From contig CAZRKK010000006.1 of assembly GCA_964600695.1 (NCBI GenBank), forward strand, positions 1 to 61,893: a stretch of DNA of 61,893 bases, given 5' to 3'. The stretch comes from an uncultured Candidatus Saccharibacteria bacterium. Its GTDB lineage: Bacteria > Patescibacteriota > Doudnabacteria > UBA920. A model generated the notes under the pieces. That model saw only the letters and a program-made list of their open reading frames with translations. It was not told where the DNA came from and did no database searches. Position 1 is the stretch's first letter. Each line of letters starts with the position of its first letter. This document shows, in pieces, positions 16,183 to 24,845 of the stretch. The translations under genes were made by a program, and so were the position numbers.

Positions 16183-17689
16183 ACGTTGAATCATCGATAA
16201 CTGAAGCACCCGCAAGGGTGTTTTCATATTGTTTTACTTGGAAGATATGCGACACACTAGGGGTTGTAAATCGTAGATAGTTATAGACCGGTTTTTCTGG
16301 AAAAATTAAACTCATCAACTTTAACTTCTGCCAGTAGTTAGCTCGACTCCAAAACTCCGGTAGTGTACTAATAAAATCAAACACATAGCTTACTGCACGA
16401 TCAATGTCGTACTCCTCTAACTTCGATTGATCTAATTCCAGTTGCTTACTGGTGATCAAATCATTAACTTTAGCAAACTCAATTTTAAAATCTTGATCGC
16501 TAATTAGTTCTTTTTTAATTAAATCTAATACTTTACTCTTCTGATCCTGAAGGCCATTAATTTCTGTTTCAACCTGATTGTGAAAGGTGTTAATGTCTTT
16601 ATACCTGTTCTGCCATACATCTATAATCACTGCTTTAAAAGTATCTAACAGGGGCTTCTTAGGTATTACATCGCCTAGAAAGGCCTTAAATGCCTCCTCT
16701 AGCTTATCTTTGGCAACAGCCTTTGTCGCAGTACAATTCTTGTAATAGCATCTATAGTAACCATACCTACCACCCATCTTACCTATAGAGTAACCAGCAG
16801 TAAGGGGACGACCACAATAACTACAGATCACTAAATGACGAAGAGGAAAATCTTCCGTACTTCTAGCATTAGATTCGGCATCGCCTTTTGTGGACTTCCT
16901 TAAGAGTTGCTGGTTCTTCAGATAAGTACCTTGGTCAATCATTTTTGGTTGGCTACCAGTAAATTCCTGACCTTGATACTTAATAACCCCACAATAGAAT
17001 TTGTTTGTAAGTATTTTATGAATCAATTGAGCCGTGATCGGTTTACCGGATTTATTTCTTAATCCTAACTTGGTAACTTTAGATCTTAACTCTTCCGACA
17101 TATAAATTCCTTTAGAAAACTCAGTTAATACAAACTTTACTAATTCTGAGCAGTCAGGATCTAAAATGATATCTTTCTTGCCGTCAGGGTGAGTAAAGTT
17201 GATATAACCAAACGGTGGACGATGTGGTAGTCTTCCCGATTCGACACAATTAACCATTCCCTGTTTTACTCTCTCACTTCGCATATCGTTATCTAACTGA
17301 GCCACACTTGCCATTATGTTACCTAAAAACTTTCCGGATGATGTTTCGTTGATTGCTTCTGTCGCGGATAAAATATTTATCCCTAAGTCTTTTAAGAAAG
17401 ATTTAATTTCGTAAAAATCCTGAGTATTTCTGGTCAGCCTATCCAGTTTATAAATCACCACAAAATCAATATTATTTTGTTTAGTAGCACAGAACTTTAA
17501 CATGTCCTGTAGACCGGGGCGATCTGTAGTTTTAGCGGATTCCCCTTCGTCAGAAAATAACTTTACAACATCAAATTCCTCTTTGTCTGCATACTTAAGA
17601 CAGACATCCTTTTGGTTATCCAAACTAAAACCCCGCTCAGCTTGATCTGATGTAGAAACTCTATAATATATTACTGCTTTTTTATTCAT
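16142..17689 (-). CDS. Large serine recombinase (integrase); 3' end overlaps tRNA-Glu
   Basis: The resolvase domain starts MNKKAVIYYRVSTSDQAERGFSLDNQ and includes DRLTRN. It also has a recombinase domain, a zinc ribbon (CSYCGRPL...YYRCYYKNC) and a coiled coil. I prefer the ATG at 17689 over the upstream alternative start at 17749. The last 13 codons (..ALRGIEPRFGG) are the antisense of the tRNA T-arm. Confidence 0.85.
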   Translation of the reverse strand: MNKKAVIYYRVSTSDQAERGFSLDNQKDVCLKYADKEEFDVVKLFSDEGESAKTTDRPGLQDMLKFCATKQNNIDFVVIYKLDRLTRNTQDFYEIKSFLKDLGINILSATEAINETSSGKFLGNIMASVAQLDNDMRSERVKQGMVNCVESGRLPHRPPFGYINFTHPDGKKDIILDPDCSELVKFVLTEFSKGIYMSEELRSKVTKLGLRNKSGKPITAQLIHKILTNKFYCGVIKYQGQEFTGSQPKMIDQGTYLKNQQLLRKSTKGDAESNARSTEDFPLRHLVICSYCGRPLTAGYSIGKMGGRYGYYRCYYKNCTATKAVAKDKLEEAFKAFLGDVIPKKPLLDTFKAVIIDVWQNRYKDINTFHNQVETEINGLQDQKSKVLDLIKKELISDQDFKIEFAKVNDLITSKQLELDQSKLEEYDIDRAVSYVFDFISTLPEFWSRANYWQKLKLMSLIFPEKPVYNYLRFTTPSVSHIFQVKQYENTLAGASVIDDSTLVALRGIEPRFGG

Positions 17690-17839
17690 GGTTACTAAAT
17701 TATTTAAACGCAAAGGGCGACCTCTGGTTGATCCGACGCACAAAACCAAAAGGTTATGATTGCTGGCAGAGGCCGCCCTAAAAGCAGCAAGGCAATATAA
17801 AAACCTTTGGTTATAAATTATGCGGGATCAACATCATCA

Positions 17840-18013
17840 TTATACAACATCATTTACATTTTTTCTAGACTGTAGACTTAGATCCTTCTCCCAAAAATCA
17901 AACGAAATATCAGCTAAGACATACATATCTTGCCGGATTTTCTCTATCTCAACATCGGACAAATCCTTGCCATAGTCGTTTAATATTAGTTTGAATTTAG
18001 TTAATGGGATCAT
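17840..18013 (-). CDS. 57-aa hypothetical protein upstream of the integrase, below the track cutoff
   Basis: Hand translation from the ATG at 18013 gives MIPLTKFKLILNDYGKDLSDVEIEKIRQDMYVLADISFDFWEKDLSLQSRKNVNDVV. Its position would suit a directionality factor, but there is no homology evidence. Confidence 0.3.
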   Translation of the reverse strand: MIPLTKFKLILNDYGKDLSDVEIEKIRQDMYVLADISFDFWEKDLSLQSRKNVNDVV

Positions 18014-18031
18014 AAAATTACCAAACGAAAT

Positions 18032-18463
18032 TTAGTCTTCGTTCAACTTTTTCTCATGTTTACATAGGATATTACTTGATTTCATATTTTTGTATTCGTT
18101 TAAAGAACGATAAAAGCTTCGATAAATAGATGCATGATACCTTAAAAGGACGTCAAAAGATGGATTCTTCCTAACAAACATCGTAAATTGATCCATAAAA
18201 TCGCTATCGTCTAAACCAAACTTGGGTTTGCTGATGAATAAAAACAGTTCATTCTCAAGCTTTGAGTACCGCCTTAACCGCCAGTAGTTAATAATTACTT
18301 CTTCTACCATAACCATTTCTAAGGCAGACTCAGGCTGTAATTCGGCGATTAACTTCTTGGCTATTTTATTAAAGGGTCGATTCTCAGCTGGATTTATAAT
18401 TACTTGCTTAGCTAATAAGCCGTGTTTTATTGCGTTGAATTTACTAGTGTTATTATTCGGCAT
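18032..18463 (-). CDS. Hypothetical protein
   Basis: 143-aa ORF that overlaps the upstream ORF by 11 nt, suggesting translational coupling. No recognisable motif. Confidence 0.45.
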   Translation of the reverse strand: MPNNNTSKFNAIKHGLLAKQVIINPAENRPFNKIAKKLIAELQPESALEMVMVEEVIINYWRLRRYSKLENELFLFISKPKFGLDDSDFMDQFTMFVRKNPSFDVLLRYHASIYRSFYRSLNEYKNMKSSNILCKHEKKLNED

Positions 18464-18881
18464 TGATTCTAATAAATTCCTCGGGTTCTAAAATAAAGTC
18501 TTCTAATTGATAAATTTTCCACCCATTAAGCCTAAATCGTAAACCCTCTCTGTCATAGTAGGAATAAGTAATTTTTTTGACTAATGATTGTAATACCTGG
18601 AGCTTAAACCACTCATATCTCCAATTATCACCAAACCTTTGTTGTAAATTTTTTTTAATAACTTTTCTATCTATATGTGCTCTAGACCACGGAACCCTTT
18701 TTGACTCCACAAAAGTGCTCAAACATTTAGGGCAAGCGAATTCACGATCGGTATCAACCCCAAAAGTATGTTCGTTAAGTTTACATTGCATTGTTTTTTT
18801 CTTTCTTATATATACATGCTGCCACTTTACCAAGTTAGGATCACCTGAAGAGAAATAATGAACTTGGCAACTTGGCAACAC
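18453..18881 (-). CDS. Hypothetical protein with a possible Cys4 zinc ribbon
   Basis: 142-aa ORF containing CKLNEH...CPKC. Confidence 0.45.
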   Translation of the reverse strand: MLPSCQVHYFSSGDPNLVKWQHVYIRKKKTMQCKLNEHTFGVDTDREFACPKCLSTFVESKRVPWSRAHIDRKVIKKNLQQRFGDNWRYEWFKLQVLQSLVKKITYSYYDREGLRFRLNGWKIYQLEDFILEPEEFIRINAE

Positions 18882-18918
18882 ATATATAATTAATTAATAA
18901 AAATTCATCTTTACCAAG

Positions 18919-20205
18919 TTAGTCATCAACTTTTGGTTGATCGAACAAATTAACGGCAACCATCCTAAAGGTGTGGCTACGCCCCTTTTTTGATTGTTCA
19001 AGTATCCCAGAATCGACCATCTGCCTTAGGGCTTCCCTACAGTACCTCTCAGCAATATCATGATTTTTAGCCATAATTTTTACAATGTCATTTGTTGTCA
19101 TAAATTCATTGCCCACTATCTGCGGAATAACTAACTTGGCTTCATCCATTTTAGTCGTCATTTCGTCTAACTCTCCTTCATAATTCATCTCAACTTTGAC
19201 AACTTGCATACCCTCTGTACTAGACAGTATGTCTCTAATCCCTACGTTAAATGGTTTAATTTCAATCCCGACTCTGTTTTTTACCTGATGCACAGTAAAA
19301 TACCCTGGATTGACATCACCTTTAATCATTAGTACCATTTCTGCGTTTGCAACTTTGTCCTGACTCCCTAACACATATTCCTTACGTGGTCCACCATGGC
19401 TTCCTCTGTCGGGTTTTCTGTTGTGGTCAAGTAATATGATGACTTTCCCATTATTTTTTAACCTATTAAATCTTTGATAAAATTCCCGAACAGCTCCTGC
19501 ATTATCTTCATCTAATCGCCCAGCGACAGCTCTTAAAGTATCTATAACCACAATCTCAATTTCGTTTTCCTCAATTAACAACTCCAGTGCCTCAAACATA
19601 CCATCCTCTTTTAGGTTTACCTCATGACCTGTAACAATTAGCGGTGCATATTTTGCTGGAATAGAGTCAAAACCTAGAAGTCTACACCTTTTTTGAAGTA
19701 TTTTGGGGCCCATCTCGGCATCTATATACAGGGCTTTACTGCGATAAGTTTTAAAACCCTCATGGGCAAGAAAATGACTACCACAACTAATGCTTTTTAT
19801 AAGTTCAAGAGCAAACCAAGTTTTCTTTTCACCTGATGGTGCTGATATAATCACCACCCCCTGCATAGGAATTAAACTTTGTACCCGCCATTCTTCTTCG
19901 GGGAACCTTAGATTGGAGAGTTCATTCCAAGTCAGCAGTGGCAAATTAAATGAGCCATCACTAGCTTCATCATCCAATATTTTTTTTGACCGTTTTGGAT
20001 AGATACAATCTCTGGAGAAAGTGAAATCTGGCAACTTAGCTACAACTAGACCGTCCCTATTGTAGAGCAATGATTGGAAAAGTGTCTCTACTCCAGGATC
20101 GCTGAGTTCTAAGCTAGGTAACGACATGATTTCATCCTCAGTCAAATTATTAGAATCTATATATTCCATAAAACAAGCACCTGCAGGCCCAGGTTCGTCT
20201 GCCAT
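18919..20205 (-). CDS. RepA-like RecA-superfamily ATPase (AAA_25-type) with C-terminal winged helix
   Basis: The Walker A-like motif is ISAPSGEKKTWFALEL. ALYIDAEMG is present and the Walker B motif is IVVIDTLRAV. LLDHNRKP corresponds to the family's hhHxxK block. The C-terminal region TTNDIVKIMAKNHDIAERYCREALRQMVDSGIL looks like a wHTH. The true start may be the internal Met at 20169. Confidence 0.65.
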   Translation of the reverse strand: MADEPGPAGACFMEYIDSNNLTEDEIMSLPSLELSDPGVETLFQSLLYNRDGLVVAKLPDFTFSRDCIYPKRSKKILDDEASDGSFNLPLLTWNELSNLRFPEEEWRVQSLIPMQGVVIISAPSGEKKTWFALELIKSISCGSHFLAHEGFKTYRSKALYIDAEMGPKILQKRCRLLGFDSIPAKYAPLIVTGHEVNLKEDGMFEALELLIEENEIEIVVIDTLRAVAGRLDEDNAGAVREFYQRFNRLKNNGKVIILLDHNRKPDRGSHGGPRKEYVLGSQDKVANAEMVLMIKGDVNPGYFTVHQVKNRVGIEIKPFNVGIRDILSSTEGMQVVKVEMNYEGELDEMTTKMDEAKLVIPQIVGNEFMTTNDIVKIMAKNHDIAERYCREALRQMVDSGILEQSKKGRSHTFRMVAVNLFDQPKVDD

Positions 20206-20253
20206 AAATGGCCCCGGGGTTTGCAGGTGCTTATCTAGCAGACGAATCGAACC

Positions 20254-20287
20254 AAAATTAAAAATACTGAACTTTATATTCAGTATT
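20254..20287 (-). terminator. Intrinsic terminator after the 20324..20938 gene
   Basis: On the minus strand, the hairpin AATACTGAA-TATAAAG-TTCAGTATT is followed by TTTTAATTTT. Confidence 0.6.
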
Positions 20288-20323
20288 GCAGGTATTTAAA
20301 TATCTACTATTAGCGATAAATTA

Positions 20324-20938
20324 TCACTTAGCCCTAAATTTTCTTCTGCTTATTCCTAGCGCCTTGGCTTGTTCGGTAATAATTCTTTCGATATTTGTAA
20401 GATCGAGGTCTACACCAAATTCAGATATGACGACTTTCCTAATTTCTCTAGTGCTTTTCCCTTCTAGGTTCAGTTGAAATATTTTGGCGTCTCTAGTAGA
20501 TTCACTTTTCACTTTTTTCCTAACTCTACGTAAATTCTCGGGCTTCAGCGAGTACAAAGCAGTCTCAACATCTTTTAGAGTAGTTTTAGGAAAAATAATT
20601 AAGCTATAAATCCTTTCTTCTGTTTCTGGATCAATTTGTTGTCCATTACCATTATCAATAATAGGAGTGTCTGGATCATCAAAGCTTGTACCTTGTAATA
20701 TATAGTCTTGGATAATCATTTCCCACCCAGAATGCTTGTGATACTTAACAGCAAGTTTCGCACTAGCATCCCATACCTTAGCCGTACGACGTCTATAAAC
20801 ACGGTTTTTAGTTAGTACTATACCTAACTGCTGCCTAAGCTGTTCTACGTCTTTAACAAATAAAGGATTATTAAATAATGTTGACAGTTTTTGCTGCAAA
20901 TACTTCTCATCATTCTCTGTTGGTGGATTTGTCTTCAT
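20324..20938 (-). CDS. Hypothetical protein, possible C-terminal HTH
   Basis: 204-aa ORF. The C-terminal region STREIRKVVISEFGVDLDLTNIERIITEQAKALGISRR looks like a small HTH. Confidence 0.45.
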   Translation of the reverse strand: MKTNPPTENDEKYLQQKLSTLFNNPLFVKDVEQLRQQLGIVLTKNRVYRRRTAKVWDASAKLAVKYHKHSGWEMIIQDYILQGTSFDDPDTPIIDNGNGQQIDPETEERIYSLIIFPKTTLKDVETALYSLKPENLRRVRKKVKSESTRDAKIFQLNLEGKSTREIRKVVISEFGVDLDLTNIERIITEQAKALGISRRKFRAK

Positions 20939-21029
20939 ATTTAAATTATGGCATAAAGAGCGTATAATTTAAACATAACTTAATAATTACCTAAACTTAC
21001 AGACTTCTGGCTTGAGCATGGCCTTAAGC

Positions 21030-21122
21030 CCAATGAAGAATACTAAACCCCGCGTTCAGCTATCTTCATTGGTCATACTTGGAAACGAGTATGGAGTCGC
21101 AAGACTCAGCCGGTGTTAGGCT
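21030..21122 (+). ncRNA. Array of four abutting hairpins in the 235-nt gap between the island's divergent modules (structured RNA, or oriT/ori-like DNA)
   Basis: H2 pairs CCAATGAAGA (21030-39) with TCTTCATTGG (21063-72). H3 is CATACT-TGGAAACG-AGTATG (21074-93). H4 is GAGTC-GCAA-GACTC (21094-107) with a GNRA loop. H5 is AGCC-GGTGTTA-GGCT (21108-122). A TATAAT lies at 20963-68. Confidence 0.35.
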
Positions 21123-21173
21123 TTGTGTTTCCGCCAGCAAAAAATGTGACCTAAAAATATTAAAGCATTCAAT

Positions 21174-21740
21174 ATGAAGTTGGACAACTACCATGGAAAA
21201 AAAATTATATTTATCCTACTGATTTCAACATTACTAGCAGGGATTTTTTATTACCTATGGGAAAATCAAAATATTGGCATCAATAAAAAATATGTATTGA
21301 GTAAGTCTGTCAAAAAATATTCAGAACTAATTGAAGTTGGGCTACCTGATCAAGCATATAATTTATATTTAACAACGGATGCTAAAAATCGTGTAACTTA
21401 TAGATTTGAGGATGCCCCTCTTACTGATCAAGAAAAAGAATTAGAACGTATAAGAATCCAAAACTGTCCACGGTACAAAGATGGTCGTATATATAATGGT
21501 ATTATAGATTGGTCTTGTGTTTATGATGGGCCGAAAGAAAAGCAAATCCAGGTTGAAGTATCATCGCTAGAAAATTTTACAAAATATGCTACTAAAAGAA
21601 AAAATGAATGGAAAAATGTACGGATAGACAAAATCATTTTCCCTGGAAAAAACAGAGCTGATGTAAAATTGTTATATAGTAATGGCGATTCTATTGAAAC
21701 ATGGTTTTACATTAATGGTAAATGGTTAAGGGATTTTTGA
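21174..21740 (+). CDS. Membrane-anchored hypothetical protein
   Basis: 188 aa with an N-terminal TM segment (IIFILLISTLLAGIFYYLW). Confidence 0.5.
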   Translation: MKLDNYHGKKIIFILLISTLLAGIFYYLWENQNIGINKKYVLSKSVKKYSELIEVGLPDQAYNLYLTTDAKNRVTYRFEDAPLTDQEKELERIRIQNCPRYKDGRIYNGIIDWSCVYDGPKEKQIQVEVSSLENFTKYATKRKNEWKNVRIDKIIFPGKNRADVKLLYSNGDSIETWFYINGKWLRDF

Positions 21741-21818
21741 CCCAGATGAAACCTATAAATTTTGTGCTTTTGATAGTACGACTAAAAGGAGTATAATTAG
21801 CTTAATTAAGCAAAATAT

Positions 21819-22118
21819 ATGAAAAAAATACTTGTCTTATTGATATTACCTCTTGCCTTGTTGGCTGTAGGTTGCAATAAGGAATCCGGCACAGAGACCG
21901 ATACACTACTACCGGTCAGTTCTACGTCTTCTGATAATACACAGGATAATACAAACTGTGATATTAAAGGTAATATAAATAGTTCAGGCGAGAAAATTTA
22001 CCATGTACCAAGTGGTCAATATTATGGAGTTACTCAAATTGATCGCTCAAAAGGTGAGAAAATGTTTTGTTCTGAAGACGAAGCTGAACAATCTGGTTGG
22101 CGTAAATCAAAACGATGA
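21819..22118 (+). CDS. Lipoprotein with a nuclease-associated C-x-KGNI...IYH...FC...GWR module ('sunset'-type domain as I recall the NCBI name)
   Basis: The lipobox is LLAVGC. The C-terminal module is CDIKGNINSSGEKIYHVPSGQYYGVTQIDRSKGEKMFCSEDEAEQSGWRKSKR. The stop overlaps the nuclease start as ATGA. Confidence 0.55.
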   Translation: MKKILVLLILPLALLAVGCNKESGTETDTLLPVSSTSSDNTQDNTNCDIKGNINSSGEKIYHVPSGQYYGVTQIDRSKGEKMFCSEDEAEQSGWRKSKR

Positions 22119-22765
22119 AACAACGAACAATCTTCAGTTTAATCACTATTGCAGTATTATTATTTCTTGGTTTCAATACAGGATCATATGTCTTACTATC
22201 AAATAAAATTGATAAGCTTCAACGCGTAGCTACCTCTGACTTAATCAAATTAAACAATAGACTAATTGATTTGGGTGCAGATGCATCAAGTATCACAACC
22301 CCATTGAAGACACCAGAATATGGGCAGTTAGTCACTGTCACAAAAGTTATTGACGGCGACACAATAGAGCTAGAAGATGGCGAACGGCTTAGGTATATTG
22401 GTATTGATACCCCTGAAAAAAATGATCCTAGAAAGCCTGTCCAATGTTTTGCAGACAAAGCTACTCAAAAAAATATTACCTTAGTCGAAGGGAAAAAAGT
22501 CAAGTTTTATAAAGACGTAGCAGTTAGAGATAAATACCAGAGACTACTTGGTTATGTGTATTTAGAAGATGGTACTTTTATTAATCTTGAGCTGGTAAAA
22601 ACAGGATTTGCATTTTCATATCCTTACCCTCCTGATATCTCAAAACAAGAAGAATTTAACAAAGCTCAATCAGCTGCAAGAGAAAATAATCTTGGACTAT
22701 GGTCTGGATGCACTATCACAGAGACAAGCACAGGTAGACAACAAACAAATAATGTTATTGATTAA
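22115..22765 (+). CDS. Membrane-anchored thermonuclease (staphylococcal nuclease / SNase family)
   Basis: The SNase pattern is VIDGDTIELEDGERLRYIGIDTPE...RDKYQRLLGYVYLEDGTFINLELVKTGFA...AARENNLGLWS, behind an N-terminal TM segment. Confidence 0.85.
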   Translation: MKQRTIFSLITIAVLLFLGFNTGSYVLLSNKIDKLQRVATSDLIKLNNRLIDLGADASSITTPLKTPEYGQLVTVTKVIDGDTIELEDGERLRYIGIDTPEKNDPRKPVQCFADKATQKNITLVEGKKVKFYKDVAVRDKYQRLLGYVYLEDGTFINLELVKTGFAFSYPYPPDISKQEEFNKAQSAARENNLGLWSGCTITETSTGRQQTNNVID

Positions 22766-22767
22766 TT

Positions 22768-23055
22768 ATGCCGAGTAATATGAAGACAACTATACTAATA
22801 ATTTCTTTGATGTTATTAGCATCAGGTTGCACCTTTTCTACAGAATGGACAGGGTTTTACAACAAGAATGGGAACACAATGGCAGATCCGATTATGCAAG
22901 CTGGATTCAAAGATTCTACATCTTGCCTTACTTGGGCAAAAAGCCAGAAAGAATTATTGCATGATGAGGAGGGAACTTATGAATGTGGTAGTAACTGTAA
23001 AGTCCTAGACTCGACATATGGTACTTATGTCTGTAAAGAAACATTAGATGAATAA
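22768..23055 (+). CDS. Small lipoprotein
   Basis: The lipobox is LLASGC. The mature part of the 95-aa protein contains 4 further Cys. Confidence 0.5.
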   Translation: MPSNMKTTILIISLMLLASGCTFSTEWTGFYNKNGNTMADPIMQAGFKDSTSCLTWAKSQKELLHDEEGTYECGSNCKVLDSTYGTYVCKETLDE

Positions 23056-23061
23056 TAATTT

Positions 23062-23694
23062 ATGTATATAATCAAATCTTACAAAAAACTATTTTTTGGT
23101 TTTACTTTAACAATTGTTTTGGTAATTATTTGCTATTATCTTTCTAGTGAATATGCGAGTCAGAAGGTAATAAAGAATTTTTTTATAGCAGCAAGTAATG
23201 AAAATTGCCAAAAACTACAACCTATACTTAAGTACCGACTATTAAATCATGATATTTTATGTCCTAGAGGTGATGTGGGAAATTTTATGGTGATAGATAA
23301 GGTAGAATACAAAGTTAAAAATATTTTAGGAAGCAAACTGAGCGGGACCAAACAAGTTTTGATTTCTGTCTGCATAGAAACACATGGTGTAGCCGCATGG
23401 AATGAGGGAATCTTTAAAGACTGTACTACTGACCCGAGAATAATTGAATTTGATAGAAAACAATTTAGTTGGCAAACAGATATCAGTCAATTTACTAATA
23501 TTTCTAAGCTTATAAATGAATCAGGTGCCAAACCTGAAAGTTTCGATAGATATTACCAACAATGTTGGGAAAATAGGATAACAGAATTTTCATTTCATGG
23601 CAACTCAACAATAAACTGTAATAATGTGGTTGGTGATGAGATTGAATATTCGATCAGAACCCACAAATTTGTACAGACTGGTAATGCACGGTAA
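23062..23694 (+). CDS. Membrane-anchored hypothetical protein
   Basis: 210 aa with an N-terminal TM segment (FFGFTLTIVLVIICYYL). Confidence 0.5.
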   Translation: MYIIKSYKKLFFGFTLTIVLVIICYYLSSEYASQKVIKNFFIAASNENCQKLQPILKYRLLNHDILCPRGDVGNFMVIDKVEYKVKNILGSKLSGTKQVLISVCIETHGVAAWNEGIFKDCTTDPRIIEFDRKQFSWQTDISQFTNISKLINESGAKPESFDRYYQQCWENRITEFSFHGNSTINCNNVVGDEIEYSIRTHKFVQTGNAR

Positions 23695-23761
23695 TCTTCT
23701 CTTTATAGTTTTTAGAGCATAGCTAAAATCACCCAACCAAACGAATCCTCAACAAACCCAT

Positions 23762-24739
23762 ATGAAAAATCTAATTTTACTACCAATTATTTTTGTACTA
23801 GCCATACTTCCTCACCCCCCTGAAGCCATGGCATATGGTGAGTGTACACAATATGGTATTTGGTCTTACTATGACTCAACCTCTAGAAGCTGTAAATGCA
23901 TGAGCGGGTACATGTTCGGCAAATTCTTAGGATCGGATTATTGTGTTTCTAGAGACCAGTACTGCACAGACAAATATGGTTATAATTCTAAATATGATTC
24001 TCTTACCGGTTCTTGCGGATGCAGATACGGATATATAATGGATGGTGGAAAATGTACTGATGGCAACAGTGTCTGTAGAGCAGATCATGGTTGGGATTCA
24101 GAGTACAATTCACTAAAAAATGCTTGTGGTTGTAGATCAGGATACACGTTTGATGATTCAAATAGATGTGTTAAAAAACAAAATAATGTTTATTTTACCG
24201 TCAAAGAAATTAATACGGATGAGAAGCAAGCCATAATTCGGAGTCAATATGACTATGGCTACTATTTAATCAAATACGGGTACGGCTGCTATTCGTCAAG
24301 CTTTAATCGATATCTAAATGACAGCATCGTTGTCAACTTGGGAACAGACTTTTCAGTAGATACTTTTGATAAAATTGTTTTACAGGATGATAACGAGACT
24401 TGCGATATAATTAAAGTTTCCAGAGCTAATTCCAGCACCACTCTCTATCCTGATGATGAAGATACATCCTCACCATACATACTTAATACAAGTCCGAAAT
24501 TTACGCCAACCCCTAAACCATTAGATAAACCAATAGAACCTGTGAACAACTTATCAATCGAAAAGACCAAACCAGAGTCATTACTACTAAATGTAACTGA
24601 TACAGATGAAGGCAGTGTAACCATAACTAATGAGGAGAAAGGGAATAATACAAATAATATCGAAGCTCAAAAACCCGAAAACAAAATAATCACCTTCTTT
24701 AAAAAAATTGGTGAATGGTTTAAGAGATTGTTTACCTAG
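23762..24739 (+). CDS. Secreted Cys-rich repeat protein
   Basis: It has a signal peptide and three ~37-aa repeats of the form C-x3-(Y/H)G(Y/W)-x-S-x-Y(D/N)SL-x3-C-x-C-x2-GY-x6-C. A Pro/Thr-rich linker and an amphipathic tail (FFKKIGEWFKRLF) follow. Confidence 0.55.
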   Translation: MKNLILLPIIFVLAILPHPPEAMAYGECTQYGIWSYYDSTSRSCKCMSGYMFGKFLGSDYCVSRDQYCTDKYGYNSKYDSLTGSCGCRYGYIMDGGKCTDGNSVCRADHGWDSEYNSLKNACGCRSGYTFDDSNRCVKKQNNVYFTVKEINTDEKQAIIRSQYDYGYYLIKYGYGCYSSSFNRYLNDSIVVNLGTDFSVDTFDKIVLQDDNETCDIIKVSRANSSTTLYPDDEDTSSPYILNTSPKFTPTPKPLDKPIEPVNNLSIEKTKPESLLLNVTDTDEGSVTITNEEKGNNTNNIEAQKPENKIITFFKKIGEWFKRLFT

Positions 24740-24845
24740 CAAAATCTCGAAATTACTTCGTACAATATTTCAACCCTTATATTGTGCAAGAGTACATACT
24801 AAGAGTATTTTCTACCACTAGCGGCCTAAAAAATGGGAATATAAT

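Noticed and set aside
17690-17749. The 20-codon N-terminal extension of the second recombinase (MVLCVGSTRGRPLRLNNLVT).
   Set aside because: It is encoded by the GC-rich stem-loop and starts at a non-ATG codon. The resolvase domain begins right after the internal ATG (MNKKAVIYYRVS), as in other serine recombinases.
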